From Balanoglossus misakiensis (lineage: Eukaryota; Animalia; Hemichordata), in NCBI GenBank assembly GCA_040954595.2, contig CM082584.2, forward strand, positions 8,079,919 through 8,143,918: DNA of 64,000 nucleotides, given 5' to 3'. Under the pieces are notes generated by a model. That model worked only from the letters and a program-made list of their open reading frames with translations. It had not been told where the DNA came from and did no database searches. Shown piece by piece: positions 12,216-24,859 of the stretch. Position numbers and translations under genes: made by a program. Position 1 is the first letter of the stretch. The number at the start of each line of letters is the position of its first letter.

Positions 12216-12298
12216 CCCGTTTCCAATCGAGTTAATTGCCGGCGCTCTCCAAGACTCCTTCCCACAATAAGGAGCTAACAGTTCAACTTTAAATATAT
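12216..12298 (-). promoter_or_regulatory. Putative TATA box and non-coding first exon of the insulin-like gene
   Basis: Minus-strand TATATTTAAAG at ~12287-12297, donor GG|GTATGT at ~12215, and acceptor TTCTTAG just upstream of the ATG (~12035). Confidence 0.45.
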
Positions 12299-13463
12299 GT
12301 CTTTTCTTCAGTTATCCACGTGACTCCAATCGGACAGAACGTCCGTCACATCTGAGATAGCCGGTATGCGTGTCGAGAGAGACCTATAAACTTTTCATGG
12401 GGTACGAGGCTATCTACGACACGTCACGGCGCACCTGTGCTGACGCTTCTGTCCATTTTGAATCAAAGATAGTCTTGTCACATAAAATACATCTTAGTTG
12501 CTACCGGAAGCCTGATACACGTTCTTGAGATTAAATTTCTTTCTGTCGAATTGTATTACACGCGGTTATCTGTGATCGTCAACCAGGAAGGTTTCATCTA
12601 TATTTATAGCAACTACAGAAATTATGTATATCATAATACTGAAGATAGCTTGTTTAGCACAGAACATGTTATCGTCACACGAAATGGGAAAGTTGAAAGT
12701 TGTTAAAAGACCATCTCTTTGTCTCTGTCTCTCCGTCTGTCTTTCTGTCTGTCTGTGTGTCTCTTTACGCCTCCCCTACCCTCTCTTTCTCTAGATGATA
12801 TATTTGACGATCGACGATATTGTAAATTATCATTTTTTATTTCTTTAAAATGCGTGCTACACCTTGTCTCAGTGCTTTGTAAAAAAGAAAGAAATACCAC
12901 AAATCACAAGCAATCTCTATCTAGGCAAGTTTCCGAATCCATTATATTAATATCAAACGCAAATTATTTCCACAGCATTGAGGCAGTAACTTAGAACCAC
13001 AATTATATGGAGGTGATAGATGGAATACTTCCATCACAACAAGAGGCTAGCATTATCGCACTGTTCCAGCAATAGATGATTATGATTTAGAATAACGCGG
13101 TCATCAAATGTTCGCATGAAGAAAAGGATTGTGTTGATGACAGGACAGCTCAATGTCTATTTAAAAATAATTACAAAAATTTAATTGTCTCCACTTACGT
13201 TTTATAACAACTGCGATTGGGGCGGATCTACGACCTCACAAGCGACTCGAAAAAGCGACGTCCTGAGAAATAATAACTCGCCACAAAGCCAGAAAAAAAA
13301 GATGTGTTTCCGTCATAATTGAAAGATCATCACGTGTTTTACTTGGTAAAAATTAATTACTTCGATTCGGAGACACACGGATGGTGTCACAGCGTCAGTC
13401 TGTGAATAAATGCTACACACTCAAATCTTGATGAAAATGTCAGTGTTCAGTGGCGCTAGCTCC

Positions 13464-16400
13464 TCAGCGTGGGGAGATGATCAGGTCGCAGAAGACACCG
13501 ATAATGGCGGCGATCATCGCAATCGACAGCGGTCCGTGGGGATGGATGACGCTGGCGGCACCTATGGTTGTAAAAAATTGTTTAGAGAGTATGTTACGTA
13601 GGAGAAGTTTGCTGTTGTTTTGTGACCAGGTGTGTTTTCGCTTACTTTCGTAATTTGAATATTTGCGTGACGACCAGGTGTGGTGCATTCATTATTTTCC
13701 CCCATACAATAAGCCCGCACGTTGTGTTGCGGCGTAGCTGCTAATTTGGAGTTGCCCGTGTGAGCTGTTCCGTTCATCGCCGGCTTGGAAGCTGTGCCGT
13801 ATTTCCTGTTGCACTGGTCTGGAAACCGCGCCCAGAAGCCGCGCTACCGGATACCGGGAACGCAACGTACGAGCTTTAAACTTCACAAACGAAAACCATT
13901 TACATCCCCACGTCGTTAAGAGGTCTAGCTGCTAATAGCAATACCTACCCACAGAGCAATCTGTCATGTTTTCCATTCCCAGATCAACCAACGTGCTCAC
14001 AGCGGCCTTGGTTGTCCTCGCGAGAAAGAGTAAGTGGTCATTGGTAATCATTCCGTTGTTGTCGCAGGCATTGTGGTAACAATCTGTCATCGGCAAGCGA
14101 AAGTTAGCTGCCAAAGAAACAAAAGAAGGCAAGTTGAAAACGACATTCGTACATTATTTTCGTGCGCTGATGCAGTTTCAAATTCTCCCTTTCAATGATC
14201 ATTCATTTTCATACTTCACGCAGTGTCTGTGTTTAATGAACTTACCCGTATCCGTGATGAAGAGCGCGGGTAGATAGGGTGGTCCTTTCTCCCAAAACCT
14301 GATGTGGTCACTTCTGAAGAATTCCCCGTATATCCACCGCTGCACGTCAGTAGGAACTCCTGAATTGCAGAACGAAATTCGGGTGACAGAGTCAGCGGAC
14401 TTTTGAAGGGACAGTGTCGCCAAGTGTGAACATTACTCTGGTAATTTTAGTTCCTTTTGAGAGATTATGTATGTCGTGCTGCACACTGAAACGTGTTCAC
14501 TGACCAGTCGTCACCACTCGTCCATTATATGGAAGTTATAATTAAATACTTCTATTATAATTACGATTAAATCCTTAAGGGTGTATTTAAAAGACAAACC
14601 TTCAATTGGCAGCACAAAAACCTCGGTGTACATGTCCTCTGCATCGATCTCCGCAAGGTGGGAGGCGAATTTTCCAGCAAAAGCAGCATCTGTCTGCCGC
14701 CCGATAACGGTCAGGAAATCACCACGGAGATTCCGTGAAGTCAGCCTTTGGCCAATTTCCGGAAAGGCCTGTGACGGTATTAAGAATGAGTGTTTGAAAG
14801 CAATTTTGTACTTTTAGGCACAATGGCATCAACAAGATCCGAGAGTCTTTTTGTTTTCAAGTATTCACAGAGAAGTTGCGACTCCGTGTCTTTAAAGCCC
14901 AAAGAGCTGTCACATTTTTTTGCATTATTTTTATGCGTTAGGTTTCCAACTGTATGATTGGTCCATCTAATTAAGCTTACTGATAGGTACATGTTACGCC
15001 TCTGTGTCAGACGAAATCATGGAAGGTTTTATCAACTTGCCGGGAACATTCGGCTCTGGGCTGTCCATTTTGTGGCCAGTCAACGGAATCTAACACAACA
15101 CAGTCGATTGAATCAACTTACTGCGACTAGTTCCTCGGGGAACTGTTGTGAATTGTCGATTTTGTTGTAGTTGAGAACCGTTTCCATCACCAGGGCTCCC
15201 TGGAACTGACTGCGGGTGGTTGTGTTGATTTTCAAAAACGGTTCCAGCCAGTCGTTCACGAAATGATAACTCCCAATACAGATATCCCCGTTGTCAAATT
15301 CTGCAAGAGATTAGTGTAAAAGAGACATTCACTTATTGTCTGTCGTCAATGTGGATTTCGATATTTGACTTTATTCTTGTTTATTTTAGCTATAGCTGAT
15401 AGTGTCGTATTGCCGCAACCAAACCACCACAATCACCACAAAAACCACCACCATAACAACAATCATCAATACTAACAACAACAACAAGACACCCTAGGTT
15501 GCTGAACAAACTAACCGTCTAAAATCTGATATTCTTCCAAGTCAAATGCCGCGAACAGCATCGTATTCAGTGGTGCACAACTCCCTTGTGTCACCATGGC
15601 AGCAGCTTCCAACATGACAGCCACGCCCGACCCGTTGTCATCCACGCCAGGTGTGGAGTTCGTCGTGTCGTAGTGCGCCCCCAAGAGGACAACCTTGTCA
15701 TCAGTTGTTCCTATCCGCTGTCCCGGAAGTACACCAACGATGTTAAGTCCATCGTACTGAAAGGCATGTCAACATGTCTCCATTGAGTAATATACATGTA
15801 GGTTTAAGTGCAACTACACTAAGTGTAGTGCAATACACTCAATCTGTACCGAACTTGCTGAAAACGGGTCTTTCTGAATGCAGCATTTGATTTTCGAATT
15901 GTGTACATGTATATCCGGCCACATAATTTTTAAAGGTGGTCTTAGATAAATCCAGGGACTCTCCCTTCCGTTAAAATTAACAAGAAGACCGTCAATGGTT
16001 GTCTGATCGTCTCAGATATGCACGACATACACAACCAAAAGCAACCAACAACAAGTAAATCGTTTGAACATGTTAAATTTATTTTGCAAGAGATTAAACA
16101 ATGTAATCTACTCACCGAATCATAAATACCAGAAAAGTGATTGAACTGGACATCCAAGTCGTAACTCCTCAACGTTTCAGTGATGTAATTCCTGACGTTG
16201 TCTTTGTTGATCCCGTTGACGTCATGGTGTCTGTTCTGATTCAAGTGGGTCTCGAGACGTTCACGTAGCCGACTGCTAATCTCGGGCAGGTGGCGATCGT
16301 TGGTTTCGGTTACCGTAGCAACGCCCGAGGCTTGGAACAGTAGTACGACTGTAAGCAATCAGAACATTTTACCAAATAATGGACTTGACTATGACTTCAC

Positions 16401-18314
16401 GTTGGCAATTTCTGACCAATTAAACAAAACGCAATTCTAACAAAATAGTCATTTTCGTACATAAACTATAATTTGTAAAAGGCTCGAAATATCTTCCCTA
16501 TCCGTATTCTTTGGCTTCCCCGAATTGTCATTTCGGCACAGAGAGTTAAATCAAATACTATTTCGGCGAAACAACTTCCTTATTTTAATTTGTCTTTTCC
16601 CGGAACCGCTCTATTTTCCGTTTACCCTTTTAACTGAACAAGGTTGTGTGGTGAGTGCTCATGCGCACAAGCTATAATGGCTGTTGAAGCGAGGCACCTT
16701 CGTCGGTTCAGTAAGGGGCCGTGGATACTCACGCACACGGCAAACGCAAGTAAAATGTTGCGTCGCGTCGTACCCGCCCCCCCCCCCCCCCCTTTCCCTG
16801 AACGGGCGAAAATGCGAAAAATAATATATTGCACATTGACATACACGCACCCCACGGGGGCCCACAAAGACATTTTTGTTTAAACGCCAAGTTCAAAACC
16901 ACAAACGAAGTAAAATCCTTATATGTGTACCATCAAAGATTTGAATATGACACACAACAAAGGATACTGTATTTCGTTTACCATGCGCGTGTTGTAATTA
17001 TCCAGTGCCCCTTAAAGACCATGTTGTCTCCGGGCGACAGTTATGCCCTGGTTATGCCCTGCATGCAGGTCAAGGCTACTATGGCATTGTATGCGCGCCA
17101 ATACAAACACGTCTCGTATGTATACCAGTCTCTTTCACTATTAGTTCGCGGGAAACACCGCCGATTCCTTGTAAGACGGACTGAATATAAATTGTCTAGG
17201 TCGAATGGAAGTAATGCCGAAGGAAGTCGTTATAAATACGAGATCCAGTGCTAGATATTTCAAACCAAACCACCGAACAAGCATCAAACCACCAAGAGAG
17301 GAAGCACACGTTGTAATAGACTGGGTTTTATATACCACGGCACTAGTCAGCAAAATTGATTGTCGCCATCGTGTTATTGATGCCAGCCAAAAGAGTCGCC
17401 TCGCTCTATAGTGATCTACCAACGATTAACAATTTCTGTCACGGTGCTCGGTCGAGACTCATTTTCACCAACATGAGGCCATTCCCTAAACTAATTCGAT
17501 AGCCGAATAGATGTTTATTACTTGAGATGTAGTTTTGCTGACTGACTGACTGACTGCAGCATGTCCGTAAAGGTCATTCATATCGTAGAGAATAATGTGT
17601 CGGTTTGATTAAAAGTCGAAACATTAAGTATTTGAGTCCATATGCATATGAGTAATAATGTCAATGTTTACATTGCATTTGATTGCAAAGTAAGTGCACG
17701 TCTGACGCTAACACGGTAAGCATGGTAACCGTTACACCGAAAATTCTGAACGGCTGAAATTCAATACGCCCCTGTATCGCAACTTAGCGTGAAACTTCAG
17801 GGTTTGAATTCATGTCAAAATTTTATTTTATTGTATTGAGCATACACATCGCTGGCTTACTGGAGTGAAAATAACTGTTGCATCTTGGTTGACGCTCTGA
17901 GCGGTGCCGAAGCAAACGATCGACTACAAGATGGCCGACCGATTTTGTCCCAGTCGAGGAACAAAGCACCACGAAGCTGATGTGTAGAAAAAACAGACAG
18001 TTGCGACCGACTGCTGATGTTTGGTCCGTTAGAAATTCAAATTTGAAGTGGTCCTAATGTTGAGTTGTGAAGAGAGAATGGTGTAGTTTATAACTTTCAT
18101 GCGTCAACGAGCCGGCAAAACGAAAGTCAATGCCAGTCGGTGAACAAATACCGTGCATGCCTACCACACCCGATGTCATGAATCGTGTGTCTCGCAGACT
18201 ACGGAAATTATTAAAAAGCAAGAAAAACACACACAAACGATGATATCATTGAAGTAAGAATTTTGAAAACTTACCTATGTAGGAGCAAAACTGTGTAACC
18301 CGCAGAAACATCAT
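13464..18314 (-). CDS. M28-family zinc peptidase (gene A), GPI-signal-like C-terminus
   Basis: Probable exon 1 18275-18314, then 16116-16330, ~15516-15756 (GAHYD, GVDDNGSG, FDLEE), ~15122-15300 (MET), ~14600-14769, ~14247-14360 (RSDHIRFW...ITDT), ~13948-14107 (ANFR...CYHNACD), 13464-13561 (GAASVIHPHGPLSIAMIAAIIGVFCDLIISPR*). Confidence 0.85.
16714..17012. mobile_element. Possible MITE with imperfect TIRs, TA-flanked
   Basis: TA|AGGGGCCGTGGATA ... TATCCAGTGCCCCT|TA, in intron 1 of gene A. Confidence 0.45.
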
Positions 18315-19390
18315 CTTGACTGATAAGTGAATAAGTCAAATTGTCTTCAGCGAGAATTTAAAAAGAGAGTGCCCGCACATCCAGTCAAACAGAAAGTCCC
18401 AGGGGTGGTGCACTATACACAATCAGAAAAATGTAACACCGGAGCCAACCTGTAATTCCAATTTCTCATGTAAGTTGAGTTTGCACCCCCGTGGAAGCGT
18501 TCAATGGCCTTTCACGCGTACATTTCTTAGAACCCGTTTACCTTTCAGACCGTATTCTCGTGAAACCGCAAAATCGAAAGAAAAAATCCATCAGAGCCAG
18601 CTTTGATAAAGACGTATTATCTTCATAATTAATCTATTATATTATATTTAGTATGAACAGATGCAGTGGCTGCCTGGAGCCATTTCAATAATAAATACAT
18701 GTGCAGTGCAGACTTTGGTACGCTTTAAGACCAGCACGCCACGTCAAATATAATCCACCAATCAAATCGACAGATACATTCGTATGCGTGTGCATGCATT
18801 TATTGCTCTCAGTCTTTGAGTTGACTTGTCGCATTGGTCGCTTCTCACACGCTGTCATCCAGCAGAAACATGCATGCCCACTTGACATGACAATATGCTG
18901 GAAGGCACCGTACTACTTCCTGTTTCGGACAGTTCACAGTGACGAGCGATCTGCGTTGTCACGAATCAGATTGGCAAAGCAACTTTATCCTTAGGGACCG
19001 CCAGTTCCTTCGCCCGGGGGGACGGGTCGGTGGATAGGAAGGCGCTGGACTTATGAAAATAGTGCATTGCCTATTTACAAGAAAGGAAGTGATCTGCGAA
19101 TCAATTTCAAAGACGCAATGTCACGTAATTACATGCTATTACTACATTTCTTTCCATTTTTTTTATTTTTGGAAAAAGCCGAAATTTATACTGTTTGTGA
19201 AAGCAGTTTTGAATGAATGAATATTTGATATTCATTAGTGATGTCTACTGACTACAGCTACGACTTCATGATCAAACTATCTTGGGCCCAAGAAGTCGAT
19301 GCAATCTTAGTGTTAAAGTTTACATTATGTGTTTTTATAATGGTACACGATTTTTCTTTCTTGTCATTCTTTTCAATGAAGACGAATCCT

Positions 19391-22300
19391 TCACTTTGTG
19401 ACATCAAATATTCCCTGAAAGAGAGGAAAATGAAGATGGCGCCATGTTAGCTTACTCACAAATATACACCACGCACCTTGTTGGAGTAAACTGAACTTTA
19501 CCCAGATGGTCACTTTCTTTGATATGTAAATGATAGTCTCATTATGCATGTATGTGTTATGTAAGCTTGGTGGGGTTTTTCCGTTCTTGTGGGTGTTCAA
19601 CACAAAGCAGACTTGGTCAGTGATGTTCATCCACTACACGTGTTGGTGTCCAATAAAGTAAGTGACTGTACTGAAAACAAGCTATCGCTTCCTCTCGTTA
19701 TATCATTGCACCGTACGCAATGAACTACCGCACCTCAACACACCCTCACAACATTATATTCGGATATTGGAATGGCATGCGTTCGGTGATCACTGCACAA
19801 GAAATACTCTCAATTTACTGTCGCCTAATCTCACAGTACACTGGTTCTGAAATGTCAGGGTTGTACACCATCTATTCGTTTTTCCAATGTATTTATCATA
19901 AATTTATAATTAGGAGATGTCTCGACGTAACATTTTCTGATCATGCAACAGTCCTGCTTAAAACATATTACAACATACGAAGCGTGGAGACCTACCTTTT
20001 CATCGTCTGTGAACATAACCAAGGAATCAACGGCCATGGCTGCCGTGATTCGGTCTGCTGGCTCAATCTTCCAACATCGTCTCATTAAACAGTAGAAACC
20101 TTCACAGCAGCGCCGCGGTATCTGCAGACGGTAGCCATTTTGTAATCTGTCAGCCAATTGGCCGACACCAATGTCATCGTAAGGCATACCTCCTGAATAG
20201 AACAACACAGAGAAGTTATAGGTTAGGATGATATAAATGAAACCATGTGCTCTAGCCTGGTGCGTTTGGTATGACCATATTCTTATGGTTAATATTCACG
20301 AGTCCTTAATTTGTGGTGAAAAACTTGTCATAAGCACAAAAATATTATTCTAATATTGGGAATTGTTTCAAGTCGATTTGGCAGTCCAAGTAACAGACCG
20401 ACAAGAGGTAAATGTAGCGACAAGGCATGGAGCATTGGCTTTACCTGGTGAGGTAAAGCAAATGAATAGGACGTCTTTAATTATGGCCCTGTGTTGTTTA
20501 TTTCGTGTAATTTAAAGTAAATGTGAACACATCAAATGGAAGTTTGTGGCAAACGTTTGATTTGAAGGTTACATTACCTAAGGTTGCAGTTTCCCAAAGG
20601 AACACTCCGTAAGACCACCTATAGTTAAAATCAAGCAATATACTGAAATTAATAGCAATGAACTATCACGAAAGAAATCGATTTAAACATATGCAACACT
20701 ATAACTATTGGACTACATGTCGCAGCAATTAAAATATATCAACTTACATGTCACTTAGGGAGGAATACACGCTGTCTGTCAATGATTCCGGTGCCATCCA
20801 ACGCACGGGCACTTTGCAACCATACTGTACAGCGAGCGAATAAAGGAAGGATTAGAACATGGTGTTATTGCATAGCGGGAGAGGTGTTGATAGTCATATA
20901 GAAGAGCTAGGTATATATTACGTCTGTCGAAGGTAACCACAATTAGTTAATTGAATCACTGACCTTTGATGGATGTCTATGATAGACCAAATTCTGGTAT
21001 ACGTCTCTGGCCAACCCAAAGTCACCAATTTTGGCTGTGTCCTCAAGAGATATCAAAACGTTACGTGCAGCAATGTCACGATGTACTACCTATAATTAAG
21101 AAATGTTTTACAAAGATTAATGCTCTCGGTCAATGGTGTAATTCACATGTATCTACCAAATCTCATTTATGTCTAACCAGACACTACACGTACATATGTG
21201 ATTGTTAATGCAAGAACAATTCATTGCATAGTTAAATTTTCCAACAGTTAAAAACGAGCCTAGTGTTCATAATACAATGTACCTTCATGTTTTCCATATA
21301 CTGAAGGGCTCTCGCCACGTGCAGACAAAATTTAAGGAGACGCCTTCCGGTAGCATTGGAATAATCGCTCCTTTGCAGAAGACTCTTCAGGAGATAGTGC
21401 ATGTCGTTAGCCATCAGTTCTGTGACAATGCTCCTTTTAACTGTGGAGAGAGAAGACAACGTTTTGTGGTCACCATTATTCGGCACAACGGAATCCACGT
21501 ATCCTACATGGTTTATTTTCAATATTTAAGTCATGTTAAAGTGGAAATGCCACCATTCACACCCCAACCATTTGAAAATTAGGGGATGGTGCGCCAGATT
21601 GCGTCGTCAATCGATTTTCCCACCTGTATCCATAACAACGCCAAACAGTTGCACAATGTGAGGACATCCATTTAATGCACTCAGAGTACTGACTTCGTGT
21701 TGATAAGCAGTGTTGTATTCTATTTCGTCTGAAAGAGAAGAAAACATAGAACACTTTAAATACTGTGGATAAGGTGTAATCTTGACAGTTGTTTACAGGA
21801 ATTTTCACTAAATTTAACTGTATAATATTCATCATTGTAACAATATGGGTGTTACTTGGTAAGACATCATAGCAAACAATGCGTCTTACTTGTTATCACA
21901 TTTCTAATGTTTTTTGGGTCCCATTGGTATGTACCATGTACCATGGGACCTTATGGGATCGGTTGCGTCTGTATGTATGTATGGATGTATGTATGTATGG
22001 ATTGATGTATGTCTGTATGTCCGTCCACATCAAAAACTTGAAAACCGTGTATCACCTTGATATTTGGTGTGCTGATGCAGGCTGGGCTGTAGATGGGAGT
22101 TTGTTCAAATGAAGTTGGCATTGCCAAAAATATGCAAATTAGCTGGAAAAATGTGAATTTGGTCAAAACTCAGTAACTCAAGAACTACTGGTCAGATTGC
22201 TTTGCAAAGTGGTGTGTATTTACTTTATTTAGTTGTTTTAATTAGGCAGGAACTCCCTCTGTGATTTATATAAACACAGCAAATTCCTGAATGATTACAT

Positions 22301-24827
22301 AACTGGCTAAGTTTTAAAGAGGCCAGCTGTTCTATTTAGTGTATGTACAGTACATATGCCATTGGCAGCTTATGGGTCAGTCAGTGTTTGCCCATTGAGC
22401 AAAGTTGAACTTCATTGGAGAAAAGAAGAACCACTCTAGTCGGTCTTATTTTGCATTTCAATACTTGATTTAAATATGAGAAAAGCCTGACAGTTTTGTC
22501 TCACTGTAGTCAAAGTTTTGGACCTAGAAATGTAAATAGTTTGTGTCCATGAGTTCGTATTGGGGATGTGTTAGCACTCTGGGCACCGTACTCCTCACGG
22601 GATCTGTTAACGCAGGTCAGTGCAACACACCCCAAGCTTTTGTGTCGCCTTCTTTTGCTGTGATTTGAGAGCTATACAGTTCATCTTGGCATTCATCGTC
22701 CCATCAGATCACTGTGTTGACAGTCTGATATTAGATTGTTATTGGGTCCCATTTTACATACCAATGGGACCCAACAACACTGGGATTTGCATTTCAATAC
22801 TTGATTTAAATATGAGAAAAGCCTAACAGTTTTGTCTCACTGTAGTTAAAGTTTTGGACCTAGAAATGTAAATAGTTTGTGTCCATGAGTTCGTATTGGG
22901 GATGTGTTAGCACTCTGGGCACCGTACTCCTCACGGGATCTGTTAACGCAGGTCAGTGCAACACACCCCAAGCTTTTGTGTCGCCTTCTTTTGCTGTGAT
23001 TTGAGAGCTATACAGTTCATCTCGGCATTCATCGTCCAATCAGATCTCTGTGTTGACAGTCCGATATTAGATTGTTGCTTTGTCCCATTGGTATGTGTGA
23101 TTACCTGAATGGTTACATAACTGGCTAAGTTTTAAAGAGGCCAGCTGTTCTATTTAGTGTATGTACAGTACATATGCCATTGGCAGCTTATGGGTCAGTC
23201 AGTGTTTGCCCATTGATCTCTCTCTATGTGTGTGTGTGTGTGTCTGTATATGGCCATGTACTCCGGTGTAGACTTTTTCTTGTGTAATCACTCAATGGGA
23301 CCACCGTGTCCTTGACGCGATTTTTTATAACGTGTATTGATTTCCAGAGTCTCCCTGAACATTGGAAATAATTCTAATGTATGTGTTTATAAAGCTGAGA
23401 GGTCTAATATATTTATGTCTTGAAACATCAGTTATTCGAGAAAGAAGGAAGGATTTTGTTTCATTTTATATGGACCCATACCTTTCAGTACTTTTACTGC
23501 AGCATTACGTTTTTCACCATCAAACTGTATGGTGCCAAAGTAGACTACAGAAAATTCTCCTTCTCCAATCATATCACCAATTTCGACTTGCGACTTCTTG
23601 AAGACCTTTACTCCATCCTGCGAATAAATGCAAACATATCCGTCCCTGCGATATGAATTGCCGCTCCAGAAGACCAAGTAATTATCAAATCGTTAGCTCT
23701 ATTAACAATAGGTTCTCAGTAATAATCTCAGGAAACGATTATATGAACTATTCATAATTAGTACCAAAGTTCTCCTGATTTTTCTTCTCATACGTCACAA
23801 GAAAAGATAATTGAAGGAGCCATCACCCTGTCACTTTCATTGCTGGATGCAGACGGCACGCATTACATGTATATCAAATACTTGAAAAATATCAGAAATT
23901 GGACGGCAAAATTAACTATGACTTACCGGTATGGCAACTGGCTTTTCTTTCTCCAGTAAACGCTGATACAATGTTTTCCGTTTTCGAAGATTTACCCAAA
24001 GTGTTATAGCCAATGGAATGATCACAAACGAAATGACTACAAGGATAATGCCACCTGAAATCACCAGGATCTTAAATTTCGTTTGGTTCACTGGAGCTGC
24101 ATAACATAAAATAGACAGACATGATACTGGGTAGAGAATGGATAATAAGGACAGATTACTATACGTGTTCATTCTTACATGTATATGCCTTCTGGAAATT
24201 CCTACAAATTGGAAACATATAAAGCTCATGAGTTTGGCATCCTTCATTTATAGTACTCACGGTTTACTGTGACGGTAAAACTGCAAGACGCAGTATTTTT
24301 ACTTGCGTCGGTTGCTCGGTATATGACGACTGTTGTGCCAACCGCAAACAAATCCCCAGGTTGAAAGTTGGAGGTGATCATCGGTTGGCCGTCGTTGTCA
24401 GTGCTTCTTGCTGTAGGCCAACTGATGTTTACTTTACTCGATGAATCACTCACGGATCGTGTGATATTTGGCGGACATTGGATGAAGGGTTTCTCAATAT
24501 CTGTGGAAAGTTATTTCGTGAGATAAAGTTTAGGGGGAAAAAGAAATGAATGAAAACACTTAATGTTCTCAAATCAAACACGCTTTTCTCATATTTAAAA
24601 ATGTACATACCTTGGTCGCATTTCGCTCCCGCCCAACCGTCTTCACATATGCATCCATAGTATCGGCTGCAATTTGTATATCTGATGCAACCACATTGAT
24701 GTTCACAATGTTTTCCCCATCTGTCGTCTGTACATCCTGGAAAAACAAGTTAACGACTATTGGTTATATTTTTGGATTTAAATATTTTTCATGCCGGACT
24801 TCACTTGAATCGTGGTGTTCTGTGTAA

Positions 24828-24859
<32 letters not shown>

